In this document: in pieces, positions 1 through 11,006 of the stretch
Layout of the letters: each line of letters starts with the position of its first letter
Numbering within the stretch: the first letter of the stretch is position 1
NCBI GenBank assembly: GCA_963789635.1
Contig: CAWBLF010000003.1
Coordinates: 2,372-66,371 of the forward strand
Reading direction: 5' to 3'
Length of the DNA: 64,000 nucleotides
Source of the DNA: an uncultured bacterium
GTDB lineage: Bacteria; Patescibacteriota; Minisyncoccia; Phycocordibacterales; Zambryskibacteraceae
The notes under the pieces: model-generated
What the model was told of the DNA's origin: nothing
The model's input: only the letters and a program-made list of their open reading frames with translations
Database searches by the model: none
Position numbers and translations under genes: made by a program

Positions 1-93
1 TGTGAGTTGCCAATCTTTTTCAACATCAGATGTGCAACCAACATACAACTTCTTGTCCCTGCTACTCAGCAATATGTAAACAGAGTAGGGCAT
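1..93 (-). pseudogene. 5' fragment of GIY-YIG nuclease-like gene (mirror copy of 11991-12083), cut by the window edge
   Basis: Reverse complement of 11991-12083. The start-codon complement cat is at 91-93. Confidence 0.5.
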
Positions 94-99
94 ACATGT

Positions 100-541
100 T
101 ATTCATATTTCAAAGTGCGTCTTGTCTCTCGGTCTGTCTCGCGTTTCTTTATAGTCTGACGTTTATCAAACCTTTTCTTACCGCGGGCGATACCGAGCTC
201 TACTTTCAATTTTCTACCTTTATTATACACCGAAATAGGCACGATTGTCAATCCTTTTTGATGCTCCACCCCTTCCAATTCTTTGAGCTCTTTCTTAGTA
301 GTAATAGTCGGCGGTTGCGAGTCGGATTGTAACTTTCCGGTGTATTGGCGCTTTGAAATGGCGGAATTTGCATACCTATCAGGTACGCTTCCTTGCCTCG
401 GATGGTGACATGCGAACCCTCAAGGTTGCCCTGCCCTTTCCTCAAGCTTTTTACTTCAAGGCCGATAAGCTCGATACCGGCTTCGAGCTTTTCTGTAATT
501 TCATAATTAAAATGCGCCTTTTTGTTTTGGATAAGACTCAT
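100..541 (-). pseudogene. smpB: smpB pseudogene (decayed mirror copy of 11542-11985)
   Basis: ORF 248-541(-) matches the SmpB N-terminus MSLIQNKKAHFNYEI...NPTRNRRLLL, then loses frame near 300 through a 1-nt deletion plus substitutions relative to the right copy. Confidence 0.8.
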
Positions 542-685
542 ACAAACATGATAGCAGAATTCAAAAAAACCGGCTTAGGCCGGTCTTTCTTGTCTCGTTT
601 TTTAGACTTAATCAAAAAGTCAGTGGTCTTTTGGACGTTTGATAGAGCTTTGGCTCTTTTCCATCCGGATTTTTCTTTTTGGGCC

Positions 686-1063
686 ATTTATCTTCCTGAT
701 ACCACATTTCCAAAAACCAATTTCAACGGCGCGGCGTTTCGGTGAACCTCTCTTCTGACAACACTACATCGTGTCTGGAAAATGAAAAACGGTGAAATGG
801 CCAGCACCTGGAAAAAATTATAGGGAGATTCCTTTCGTTCAGCATGCGAAGTGATCTTGTGCAATGAGTCATCAAAGCACCGGCAATGACTATCGCGCTT
901 TTTATAACGGGAACCTGTTATGAAATCACGTCCCGCATCAATACATCCACTTTTGAGGTGTACACGATGGATTTTCTTGATAAGTCGTTACACCGATCAG
1001 GAACGAACCACAACGGGATTGATTTTGGAAAAAATCGTATCCAGTTTTAGGTTTCTAAAATAA
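686..1063 (+). pseudogene. 3' fragment of the hypothetical secreted protein gene (mirror of 10055-~10430), with the 5' half deleted
   Basis: Aligns with the reverse complement of 10055-10430 with indels. It encodes remnants of ...IYLPDTTFPKTNFNGA... and ends with the same ...SSFRFLK stop context at 1061-1063. Confidence 0.7.
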
Positions 1064-1136
1064 ATTTAATCTAGCACAAATGCGCTACATCACACCGTTT
1101 TTTATTGACGCTTAGTGATATAATTTTAGTCTATTA

Positions 1137-1545
1137 ATGAACAAAACTATGATATACCTGGCTATTTTCGTTGGTGCGCTTTTGGCTACCGCTTTCGGTT
1201 TCATATGGCATATGCCATTCGCCTTCGTAAACAATGGATGGAACTTTCTGAATAACATGCTGGGTGCAGCCAACGCTTGCTTATGTGGCAAAGATATACG
1301 GCGCAAAACTCCTGACAGCTCTGGTATCGGTATTTGTCATATACCGTTTTTTTGATCTACTGCAGATAAATTCTGTAATCGGGGCGTGCGAATTTATATT
1401 GTGGGTGTGGCTCGGGTTTATTGTCCCAATTGAGCTCGGTCAAACATTATTGACTGGCAGGTGGAAACTTTTTATCATCAACTCCTTTCAATATTTTGGG
1501 TCATATCTTTTGGCCGCTGTCCTTCTCATACTCATGACTTGTTAA
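1137..1545 (+). pseudogene. DUF1761-like membrane protein pseudogene (mirror of 9561-9980)
   Basis: Split into ORFs 1137-1355 and 1264-1545. Both match parts of the 139-aa protein MNKTMIYLAIFVGALLATAFGFIWHMPFAF... Confidence 0.75.
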
Positions 1546-2600
1546 AAAAAGGACACACCCACATGTTGGCATTTTGATCTGAAAACCGAGGAGGCGTGGG
1601 CCTCCATGAAAACTGGCTTGCTTGAATGCCAAAACCTCCATAGATGTGGAGCAATATATTTTGGAACGCGACGAAATCGGTCAAGAATTCTTGGAATTGC
1701 TTATATCCAAGCGCAAACAAGGCATTCACGTCCGAATATTGTGCGACATGGCCGGAAGTTATGGATTGTTTGCCTCCAATTTGCCAAGTACCTTGAAGGA
1801 TATCGGCATTGAAATCCGTTTTTTTATGCTTATCAGCTGTGGAGACTTTTAAATTTCTTTTCATGGTTTTTGCGTGATCACCGCAAACTGATGGTGGTAG
1901 ACGGGGCCACCGGCTTCATAGGCGGAGTGGGATTTCGCAAGGACATGCAGTTTTGGCGCGACACCCACTTGCAGATAACTGGCCCGATAGTCGGTGAAAT
2001 GCGTTTCGCCTTTGAGGAAATGTGGGAGAGGCGCTGAAAATTTCCGTCGAATAATAGAACTCGAAAATTCATAAAAGGTTTCAATTTTGTCACAAACTTC
2101 TCCTATATTCGAAACGTTTTATGTACCGAATTTTTATAGAAGCAATTCAAAACGCCCAAAAATATATTTGCATTACCACGCCATATTTCATACCTGACCG
2201 AAGGTTGCGCCGAGTCCTGAGGCCGAGACGCGGTGTGGAAGTAAAAATTCTCATTTGACAGAAGTTATTACAAAAGTGTGGATTTGGCCTCACGGACTTG
2301 CTTCTAAAAACTACTTTCATTCGGTGTCAAAATATTTTTTGTATACCAACGAAATGATACACGCCAAAACAGCCGGTCATACAATGACGAATGGCTACCG
2401 CTGGGCAGTTCAAACTTCTTCGAGTTTTTCTCATAATTACGAGGAAAATATTGTCAGTACCAAAAAAGATTTTGCTATGGAAGCTGAAAAAAAATATTTT
2501 GATGTAGATTCGGACTATGCAAAAAAAGGGCTCATATTGGCCGAATGAGCGTGTCCTAATTTTCGTGAAACTATAATGTTACGCTTACGGTATCCCTCAA
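1541..2600 (+). pseudogene. cls: Cardiolipin synthase (PLD family) pseudogene (mirror of 8477-9568)
   Basis: Fragments 1622-1852 and 2255-2548 and antisense pieces match the Cls protein. Multiple frameshifts and stops are present. Confidence 0.75.
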
Positions 2601-3758
2601 CTGAAAGTGAAAGTGTAGGCCTGAAGTCCGGGGGTTTCGATAATAAACTGTAGTGTATGCGTTCCGGTTGAGCTATCTTGAATTATGTTATAAAGTGCAT
2701 CGTCTTTTACTAACATGCCTTCCGTCTGTGGTTGTCACAACATCGCTCCCTTTCTCGACACCAAGACGTCACGAAGAATTTCCACAGTTGTATCGGTATT
2801 CGCTCCGGCAACAAAAAATACATTGGTGGCGGTGTATTGATATTCTATTTGTGCATTTCGCGATTTATTTTGCGCATACTGGTCAAAAAATTCCAATCAC
2901 CAGAAAGATAGAACGTATCCGGATTAATTGTTTGTGGAATTACCAGTTCCGGCTTGTAGACCAGCCAGACTCTGCATGCCATTGCCAAAAAATTCGTTTC
3001 TAGCTGAACCAAAATACGTCTGGGCTCATCGGTCCACTTGGAGTTTGGCTCACGTCTGTGGTCAAAGGTTGTGCTATCCCTGTCGTAGGAAGACCAAGTA
3101 CCACTGCACGTTCTACAAGAGCCTTTTTGAATCTCTTGTTCAGTTTCTTGGTAATTACCTTCCCACTCTGGTCGTGGACCACATAGCCATCTATATCTAT
3201 AAGATATTCGTGTGGCCAATACTGGTTGTCGTACGCTTTCCATGTGCCGTAATTACTGTCAAGAATGATGGGGTACGATGCGCAAACGAGTCACTGCCTT
3301 CGTAACGTTGTTAATATCTTTTTCAATTAATTGGCCGCACTCCGATAATCTCAAGTCCATATTTTGCATATTTGCTATACGAGCTGTTTAGATACGAAAT
3401 AGCGCGCGTACAATCGACAGCTGTAAGTCCAGAAGTCTATGAGAATTACTTTCTTGCCAACCAAACTTGAAATGGTAACAGGCTTTCCGCCTGTATTTAT
3501 AAATCCCGTTGGATTGGTTGTGAGCTAAAACGCTCGTGCCTTTTGCTGCGGAGTAAAACACGTGTAACCGGTCGTTGTGGTTGTAGTTGATGAAACCGCC
3601 ACATCTGTCGAGCTCGTAGCTGATCGCGCTGGCACCACGGAGACAGCGTCTACCCCACCGGAGCCAATGCGTGACTGGCGAGAACTTAGAAATATTATGG
3701 CGCTTACAATGATGATAACGACGAGCGCAAGAGTCAGTCTGCGTGTAGAGGTATTCAT
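2597..3758 (-). pseudogene. Thioredoxin-like (TlpA/DipZ-type) protein pseudogene (mirror of 7284-8480)
   Basis: ORFs 3525-3758(-), 2845-3243(-) and 3000-3182(-) each match separate segments of the 398-aa protein in different frames. Confidence 0.75.
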
Positions 3759-3759
3759 G

Positions 3760-4474
3760 TTATCTAAGCAAAATATTATTTATAAAATCAAAATTAGCGA
3801 TGAGTGGTAAACTTTGTGTAAACACCAAAACTCCAAGAGCAAGAAGGACGATACCAAACACAATATTTACAATTTTTAATGCTTTCGGTGCGTGAATTAA
3901 TGAAGCGACTGGCTCTGTGCGGTAGAATAACTGACAATCAAGAACGGTACGCCAAGCCCCAGTAGATAGACCGAGAAGAAGGACAAAGGCTACTGGGTTC
4001 GGTGTAGTGCAATTCCGAGTATTACACCGAGGGCCGGGCGAGCACACGGCGTCCATCCCGCCGACAAATGCTAGACCAAAAAGAAACGACGTTATAACGG
4101 GAAGAAAATTTTCTTTTAACTCCAAACTTGTATTCCTTTTCTAGGAATGGAATCTTGATAAGCCCGACAAGAAAAAGACCAAAAACAATTATGAGTAGCC
4201 TGCTAATGCGCGAAAGCCATGTCTGCACGTCGTATGCCACGTGAGTAAGTACGGTATTTAGAAGAACACCTAGAATGGCAAAAACAAAAGAGAAACCAAA
4301 AACAAAAAAAAACGCTGTTGAGAAAAATGACTTTACGCTTGTTTCATCGTTTGGTGCGGCGCCTGCAAGATATGCCAAAAAACCGGGCAATAATAGGCAA
4401 CACACAAGGAAGAAGAGGAATGAGACAAGACCTGCGACAAACGCAGCAATGAGTGAAATAGAATGTCCGAACAT
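3760..4474 (-). pseudogene. ccdA: ccdA pseudogene (mirror of 6572-7282)
   Basis: ORFs 4022-4489(-) and 3760-4125(-) match CcdA in two frames. The SPCVLP cysteine motif is replaced by out-of-frame sequence. Confidence 0.8.
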
Positions 4475-4581
4475 AAAAAAACAGATCAAACTTTTAAGTT
4501 ACTAATTATATCAGAGGGCCATTGAAAATTGCTGTATTAACGATATAATTGGGAGGTCAATTAATCAAACACACAAATATC

Positions 4582-5090
4582 TTGAGTAACGTACGCATCA
4601 ACCACCGAATCAAAGCGCCAGAACTTCTCGTATTATCGGCCCGAAGGAGGAAACTTCGCGTTATCACGACGCTCTCCGTGGCTCTGGCCAAAGCTCACGA
4701 GCTTGATAGTGACCTTATTGAAATCTCCCCCCACCGCCACTCCGCCTATCGAAAAATTATGGACTATGGGGATCAATATGCCGAAAATAAAAAGCAAAAA
4801 GTCGCCAAGGCCAAAACTCATTCTCCGTAGAAGTTAAAAATATTCAAATCAAAGCGGACCGGAGAAACACGATGGCTCAAAAGCCAAAAAAGCTTCCGAG
4901 TGGCTTAGCGAGGGACATCGTGTAAACTCGATTTATTCTTGCCTGGACGAACCAAATATATGGACAGAAAATTCCTCGAGGAACGAATGGAGCGGGTCTT
5001 CAAACTTTTTACCTGTGGGACAAAATAGCCTCTCCCCCCACAGAAGAGTTCTCAAAGGACTGACTTGTTATTGTTGAAAGAGTTAAATAA
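4582..5090 (+). pseudogene. infC: infC pseudogene (mirror of 5959-6468)
   Basis: ORF 4549-4830 starts like IF-3 (..SNVRINHRIKAPEL) and then frameshifts repeatedly. The terminal ..VERVK stop context is kept at 5088-5090. Confidence 0.8.
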
Positions 5091-5225
5091 GCTGGAAAGT
5101 TTAGAAGTTATATAAGTTAAATAAGTTTTGAACCGGAAGACTAACTTCGTCCCAGCTAGCAAGCCAGGCTATAAAGTTGCAAAAAATCCTCAAATCTGTA
5201 AGATATAAGCCCTACGTTAAATATT

Positions 5226-5420
5226 TTGAATATGGCCATAAAGACCAACAAATCCTATAGCAAGCGCCTCAAAGTCACCAAAAAGTGGCAAATATTTTCG
5301 TCGCAAGGCAGGTCAAAACCACTTCAACGCCAAAAGGCAAGCAAACAACTCGCCAAGAAACGCGGACAAAAATTCATCATAACCAATAAATCCGCCAGTC
5401 GTTATCTAGTAAATATTTAA
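5226..5420 (+). pseudogene. rpmI: Degenerate rpmI copy (mirror of 5624-5821)
   Basis: The 64-aa ORF matches L35 at both ends, but residues ~20-39 are out of frame through compensating indels. Confidence 0.6.
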
Positions 5421-5461
5421 AATAATTCCATGACTAGAGTTAAAAGGGGGTTAATGCAATC

Positions 5462-5614
5462 TCAATATGCTCGAAAATTCTTGCTTAAAACACTACCAAG
5501 GGTTCTTATACCGTTTTTGCTCATGGCCGAACGTCCATGCCTATAACCCTTGGTGGCTTTAAGCAAGTTTCGACGGTATTTGAGTGCATTAACCCCCTTT
5601 TTAACTCTAGTCAT
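5462..5614 (-). pseudogene. rplT: rplT (ribosomal protein L20) truncated after 50 codons at the palindrome hinge
   Basis: ATG is at 5614. MTRVKKGVNALKYRRNLLKATKGYRHGRS... resembles an L20 N-terminus. A stop falls at 5462-5464, where the sequence meets the inverted copy of its own first 29 nt (5430-5458). Confidence 0.7.
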
Positions 5615-5623
5615 GGAATTATT

Positions 5624-5821
5624 TTAAATATTTACTAGATAACGACTGGCGGATTTATTGGTTATGATGAATTTTTGTCCGCGTTTCTTGGCGAGTTGTT
5701 TGCTTCGACTCTCCTTGGCGTTGAAGTGGTTTTGACCTGCCTTGCGAGACAAAATCTTGCCACTTTTGGTGACTTTGAGGCGCTTGCTATAGGATTTGTT
5801 GGTCTTTATGGCCATATTCAA
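5624..5821 (-). CDS. rpmI: 50S ribosomal protein L35
   Basis: 65-aa basic protein MNMAIKTNKSYSKRLKVTKSGKILSRKAGQNHF... located between infC and rplT. Confidence 0.9.
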   Translation of the reverse strand: MNMAIKTNKSYSKRLKVTKSGKILSRKAGQNHFNAKESRSKQLAKKRGQKFIITNKSASRYLVNI

Positions 5822-5958
5822 AATATTTAACGTAGGGCTTATATCTTACAGATTTGAGGATTTTTTGCAACTTTATAGCCTCACTTGTAGGCTCGGCTTC
5901 CAAGTTAGTCTTCCGGTTCAAAACTTATTTAACTTATATAACTTCTAAACTTTCCAGC

Positions 5959-6468
5959 TTATTTAACTCTTTCAACAATAACAGTCAGTCCTTTGAGACT
6001 CTTTTGTGGGGGAGAGGCTATTTTGTATTCCACGGTAAAAAGTTTGAAGACCCGCTCCATTCGTTCCTCGAGGAATTTTCTGTCCATATATTTGGTTCGT
6101 CCAGGCAAGAATAAATCGAGTTTTACACGATGTCCCTCGCTAAGCCACTCGGAAGCTTTTTTGGCTTTTAGAGCAAGATCGTGTTCTCCGGTGCCCACTT
6201 TGATTTGAATATTTTTAACTTCTACGGAATGAGTTTTGGCCTTGGCGACTTTTTGCTTTTTATTTTCGGCGTATTGATACTTGCCATAGTCCATAATTTT
6301 TCCGATAGGCGGAGTGGCGGTGGGGGAGATTTCAATAAGGTCACTATCAAGCTCGTGAGCTTTGGCCAGAGCCACGGAGAGCGTCATAACGCCGAAGTTT
6401 TCTCCTTCAGGGCCGATAATACGAAGTTCTGGCGCTTTGATTTGGTGGTTGATGCGTACGTTACTCAA
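5959..6468 (-). CDS. infC: Translation initiation factor IF-3
   Basis: 169 aa with INHQIKAPELRIIGPEGENFGV N-terminus and IF-3 C-domain pattern. TTG start. infC-rpmI-rplT gene order. Confidence 0.9.
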   Translation of the reverse strand: MSNVRINHQIKAPELRIIGPEGENFGVMTLSVALAKAHELDSDLIEISPTATPPIGKIMDYGKYQYAENKKQKVAKAKTHSVEVKNIQIKVGTGEHDLALKAKKASEWLSEGHRVKLDLFLPGRTKYMDRKFLEERMERVFKLFTVEYKIASPPQKSLKGLTVIVERVK

Positions 6469-6571
6469 TATTTGTGTGTTTAATTAATTAACCTGCCAAT
6501 TATATCGTTAATACAGCAATTTTTCAATGGCCCTCTGATATAATTAGTAACTTAAAAGTTTAATATATTTT

Positions 6572-7282
6572 ATGTTCGGAACAAGTATCTCACTCATTGC
6601 TGCGTTTGTCGCAGGTCTTGTCTCATTCCTCTCTCCTTGTGTGTTGCCTATTATTCCCGGTTTTTTGGCATATCTTGCAGGCGCCGCACCAAACGATGAA
6701 ACCAAGCGTAAAGTCATTTTTCTCAACAGCGTTTTTTTTGTTTTTGGTTTCTCTTTTGTTTTTGCCATTCTAGGTGTTCTTCTAAATACCGTACTTACTC
6801 ACGTGGCATACGACGTGCAGACATGGCTTTCGCGCATTGGCGGGCTACTCATAATTGTTTTTGGTCTTTTTCTTGTCGGGCTTATCAAGATTCCATTCCT
6901 AGAAAAGGAATACAAGTTTGGAGTTAAAAGAAAATTTTCTTCCCGTTATATAACGTCGTTTCTTTTTGGTCTAGCATTTGTGGCAGGATGGACGCCGTGT
7001 GTCGGCCCGGCCCTCGGTGTAATACTCGGAATTGCGGCTACACAACCGGGGTCAGCCTTTGTCCTTCTTCTCGTCTATGCTCTGGGGCTTGGCGTACCGT
7101 TCTTGATTGTCGGTTACTTTACCGCACAAGCCAGTCGCTTCATTGATTCACACACGAAAGCATTAAAAATTGTAAATATTGTGTTTGGTATCGTCCTTCT
7201 TGCTCTTGGAGTTTTGGTGTTTACACAAAGTTTACCGCTCATCGCTAATTTTGATTTTATAAATAATATTTTGCTTAGATAA
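6572..7282 (+). CDS. ccdA: Cytochrome c biogenesis/thiol-disulfide transporter CcdA (DsbD family)
   Basis: Polytopic membrane protein carrying the two conserved Cys motifs LSPCVLP and GWTPCVGP. Confidence 0.85.
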   Translation: MFGTSISLIAAFVAGLVSFLSPCVLPIIPGFLAYLAGAAPNDETKRKVIFLNSVFFVFGFSFVFAILGVLLNTVLTHVAYDVQTWLSRIGGLLIIVFGLFLVGLIKIPFLEKEYKFGVKRKFSSRYITSFLFGLAFVAGWTPCVGPALGVILGIAATQPGSAFVLLLVYALGLGVPFLIVGYFTAQASRFIDSHTKALKIVNIVFGIVLLALGVLVFTQSLPLIANFDFINNILLR

Positions 7283-7283
7283 C

Positions 7284-8480
7284 ATGAATACCTCTACACG
7301 CAGACTGACTCTTGCGCTCGTCGTTATCATCATTGTAAGCGCCATAATATTTCTAAGTTCTCGCCAGTCACGCATTGGCTCCGGTGGGGTAGACGCTGTC
7401 TCCGTGGTGCCAGCGCGATCAGCTACGAGCTCGACAGATGTGGCGGTTTCATCGACTACAACCACAACGACCGGTTACACGTTTCTTACTCCCGCACAAA
7501 AGGCACAACAGTTTAGCTTGGCAAAAGAGATTACCGATCCAACGGGATTTATAAATACAGGCGGAAAGCCTGTTACCATTTCAAGTTTGGTTGGCAAGAA
7601 AGTAATTCTCATAGACTTCTGGACTTACAGCTGTATCAATTGTCAGCGCACTATTCCGTATCTAAACAGCTGGTATAGCAAATATGCAAAATATGGACTT
7701 GAGATTATCGGAGTGCACAGCCCGGAGTTTGATTTTGAAAAAGATATTAACAACGTTACGAAGGCAGTGACTCGTTTCGGCATTGAGTACCCCGTCGTTC
7801 TTGACAGTAATTACGGCACATGGAAAGCGTACGACAACCAGTATTGGCCACACGAATATCTTATAGATATAGATGGCTATGTGGTCCACGACCAGATTGG
7901 GGAAGGTAATTACCAAGAAACTGAACAAGAGATTCAAAAAGCTCTTGTAGAACGTGCAGTGGTACTTGGTCTTCCTACGACAGGGATAGCACAACCTTTG
8001 ACCACAGACGTGAGCCAAACTCCAAGTGGACCGATGAGCCCAGAAACATATTTTGGTTCAGCTAGAAACGAATTTTTTGGCAATGGCATGCAGAGTCTGG
8101 CTGGTCTACAAGCCGGACTGGTGATTCCACAAACAATTAATCCGGATACGTTCTATCTTTCTGGTGATTGGAATTTCTTTGACCAGTATGCGCAAAATAA
8201 ATCGGCAAATGCACAAATAGAATATCAATACACCGCCACCAATGTATTTTTTGTTGCCGGCGCGAATACCGATACAACTGTGGAAATTCTTCGTGACGGG
8301 AAACCTCTTGGTGTCGAGAAAGGGAGCGATGTTGTGACAACCACAGACGGAAAGACAGTGGTTCACATAAAAGACAATCGGCTTTATAACATAATTCAAG
8401 ATAGCTCAACCGGAACGCATACACTACAGTTTATTATCGAAACCCCCGGACTTCAGGCCTACACTTTCACTTTTGGTTAA
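7284..8480 (+). CDS. Membrane-anchored thioredoxin-like protein (TlpA/ResA fold with DipZ-like C-terminal domain)
   Basis: N-terminal TM helix and a CxxC motif in FWTYSCINCQRT. Located immediately downstream of ccdA (stop/start 1 nt apart). Confidence 0.75.
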   Translation: MNTSTRRLTLALVVIIIVSAIIFLSSRQSRIGSGGVDAVSVVPARSATSSTDVAVSSTTTTTTGYTFLTPAQKAQQFSLAKEITDPTGFINTGGKPVTISSLVGKKVILIDFWTYSCINCQRTIPYLNSWYSKYAKYGLEIIGVHSPEFDFEKDINNVTKAVTRFGIEYPVVLDSNYGTWKAYDNQYWPHEYLIDIDGYVVHDQIGEGNYQETEQEIQKALVERAVVLGLPTTGIAQPLTTDVSQTPSGPMSPETYFGSARNEFFGNGMQSLAGLQAGLVIPQTINPDTFYLSGDWNFFDQYAQNKSANAQIEYQYTATNVFFVAGANTDTTVEILRDGKPLGVEKGSDVVTTTDGKTVVHIKDNRLYNIIQDSSTGTHTLQFIIETPGLQAYTFTFG

Positions 8481-9568
8481 AGAAATCTTCGTAACGGTAA
8501 CATTATAGTTTCACGAAATTTTTGGTGCAGAGGACGCGCTTGCCATTCGGCCAATTCAGCCCTTTTTGCATAGTCCAAATCTACATCAAAATATTTTTTG
8601 ACTTCCATAGCAAAATCTTTTTTGGTACTGACAATATTTGCCTCGTAATTATAAAAAAAACTCAAAGAATCAAGGTTGAAACTGCCCACGGTGGCCCATT
8701 CGTCATCTATGACCGCTGTTTTGGCGTGTATCATTTCGTTGGTATACAAAAATATTTTGACACCGGATGAAAGTAGTTTTTCAAAGCAAGTCCGTGAGGC
8801 CAAATCCACACTTTTGTAGTTTGATGACTCTGGAATGAGAATTTTTACTTCCACACCGCGTCTCGCCGCCAGCCTCAGGACTCGGCGCAACCTTCGGTCA
8901 GGTATGAAATATGGCGTGGTAATGCAAATATATTTTTGGGCGTTTTGAATTGCTTCTATAAAAATTCGGTACATAAAACGTTTGCGAATATAGGGAGAGT
9001 TTGTGACAAAATTGAAACCTTTTATGAATTTTCGAGTTCTATTCATTCGACGGAAGAAATTTTCAGCGCCTGCCGTCTCCCACATTTCCTCAAAGGCGAA
9101 ACGCATTTCACCGACTATCGGGCCAGTTATCTGCAAGTGGGTGTCGCGCCAAAACTGCATGTCCTTGCGAAATCCCACTCCGCCTATGAAGCCGGTGGCC
9201 CCGTCTACCACCATCAGTTTGCGGTGATCACGCAAAAACCATGAAAAGAAATTTAAAAGTCTCCACGGCTTGATGACATTAAAAAAACGGATTTCAATGC
9301 CGATATCCTTCAAGGTACTTGGCAAATTGGAGGCAAACAATCCATAACTTCCGGCCATGTCGCACAATATTCGGACGTGAATGCCTTGTTTGCGCTTGGA
9401 TATAAGCAATTCCAAGAATTCTTGACCGATTTCGTCGCGTTCCAAAATATATTGCTCCACATCTATGGAGGTTTTGGCATTCAAGCAAGCCGTTTTCATG
9501 GAGGCCCACGCCTCCTCGGTTTTCAGATAGAAATGCCAACGTGTGGGTGTGTCCATTTTTTTAACCAA
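8477..9568 (-). CDS. cls: Cardiolipin synthase / phospholipase D family protein
   Basis: Two HKD motifs: HRKLMVVDG and HAKTAVIDDEWATVGSFNLD. Confidence 0.85.
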   Translation of the reverse strand: MVKKMDTPTRWHFYLKTEEAWASMKTACLNAKTSIDVEQYILERDEIGQEFLELLISKRKQGIHVRILCDMAGSYGLFASNLPSTLKDIGIEIRFFNVIKPWRLLNFFSWFLRDHRKLMVVDGATGFIGGVGFRKDMQFWRDTHLQITGPIVGEMRFAFEEMWETAGAENFFRRMNRTRKFIKGFNFVTNSPYIRKRFMYRIFIEAIQNAQKYICITTPYFIPDRRLRRVLRLAARRGVEVKILIPESSNYKSVDLASRTCFEKLLSSGVKIFLYTNEMIHAKTAVIDDEWATVGSFNLDSLSFFYNYEANIVSTKKDFAMEVKKYFDVDLDYAKRAELAEWQARPLHQKFRETIMLPLRRFL

Positions 9569-9980
9569 TCATCAGTATGAGAAGGACAGCGGCCAAAAGA
9601 TATGACCCAAAATATTGAAAGGAGTTGATGATAAAAAGTTTCCACGATTTGCCAGTCAATAATGTTTGACCGAGCTCGATTGGGACAATAAACCCGAGCC
9701 ACACCCACAATATAAATTCGCACGCCCCGATTACAGAATTTATCTGCAGTAGATCAAAAAAACGGTATATGACAAATACCGATACCAGAGCTGTCAGGAG
9801 GTTTGCGCCGTATATCTTTGCCATATAGCGAGCGTTGGCTCGGCCCATTTTTTCCGGTGTTATTCCAGAAAGTTCCATCCATTGTTTACCGAAGGCGAAT
9901 GGCATATGCCATATGAAACCGAAAGCGGTAGCCAAAAGCGCACCAACGAAAATAGCCAGGTATATCATAGTTTTGTTCAT
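9561..9980 (-). CDS. DUF1761-like small membrane protein
   Basis: 139 aa with 4 predicted TM helices. The family assignment is from overall pattern only. Confidence 0.55.
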   Translation of the reverse strand: MNKTMIYLAIFVGALLATAFGFIWHMPFAFGKQWMELSGITPEKMGRANARYMAKIYGANLLTALVSVFVIYRFFDLLQINSVIGACEFILWVWLGFIVPIELGQTLLTGKSWKLFIINSFQYFGSYLLAAVLLILMIG

Positions 9981-10054
9981 TAATAGACTAAAATTATATC
10001 ACTAAGCGTCAATAAAAAACGGTGTGATGTAGCGCATTTGTGTCAGATTTAAAT

Positions 10055-10831
10055 TTATTTTAGAAACCTAAAACTGGATACGATTTTTTCCAAAATCAAT
10101 CCCGTTGTGGTTCGTTCCTGATCGGTGTAACGACTTATCGATCCATCCGTGTACACCTCAAAAGTGGATGTATTGATGCGGGTTGTGATTTCATAACAGG
10201 TTCCGTTATAAAAAGCGCGATAGTCATTGCCGGTGCTTTGATGACTCATTGCCGCATCACTTGCGGTGTATGAGACGAAAGGAATACTGCCTATAATTTT
10301 TTCCGAGGTGCTGGCCATTTCACCGTTTTTCATTTCCAGACACGATGTAGTGTTGTCGGAGGTTACGTTGACCGAAACGCCGGCGCCGTTGAAATTGGTT
10401 TTTGGAAATGTGGTATCAGGAAGATAAATGCAAACGATGCCGGTATCGGGGTTGCACGTCGGCAAATAGCTGACCGCGCTCATGCTAGCTTTGTCCGCAA
10501 TGACACGGGCGATGTCTGGGGTGTCTATAGTAAAGCGCCCTCCACTATCGCCAAATCTTGTCCATTCCTGATCAAGGACGGCCGGCCCTCCGATAGGCAT
10601 GCCCGATTGCTCATACTGCAACATTTGTTGTTGTGTTTGCGGTGCCCCTGTTTTTGTCTGGCTGGAGCCTTGATGCGTCGCCCAAACTATACCTGAAACA
10701 ATCACGACTATGCAGGCTGTGATAATCAATGACAAAATGATTTCCTCTCTCTTGGTCATTTCCGTTTTGTCTCTCGGTGTCTGAGCAGGGTCGACTTTAT
10801 CTGAAGGAGATGGGTTTTGGGGTATTTCCAT
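10055..10831 (-). CDS. Hypothetical membrane-anchored extracytoplasmic protein
   Basis: 258-aa ORF with one N-terminal TM helix and a Cys-containing soluble domain. No motif recognised. Confidence 0.5.
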   Translation of the reverse strand: MEIPQNPSPSDKVDPAQTPRDKTEMTKREEIILSLIITACIVVIVSGIVWATHQGSSQTKTGAPQTQQQMLQYEQSGMPIGGPAVLDQEWTRFGDSGGRFTIDTPDIARVIADKASMSAVSYLPTCNPDTGIVCIYLPDTTFPKTNFNGAGVSVNVTSDNTTSCLEMKNGEMASTSEKIIGSIPFVSYTASDAAMSHQSTGNDYRAFYNGTCYEITTRINTSTFEVYTDGSISRYTDQERTTTGLILEKIVSSFRFLK

Positions 10832-11006
10832 ATAAGTAGTATACGATTTTTAAATCTAAAACCAACTGCTCAAAATATCGGCGGTCTTTTGTGAGCTTAA
10901 AAACAAAACCACCCCCGCAGTCGCGGGGGTGGTTTTGAAAAGGGAGACAATGTCCTGATCCGATAAATCGAACCGGGGTTCTCAATTTCGTAAACGAAAT
11001 CGGGAA

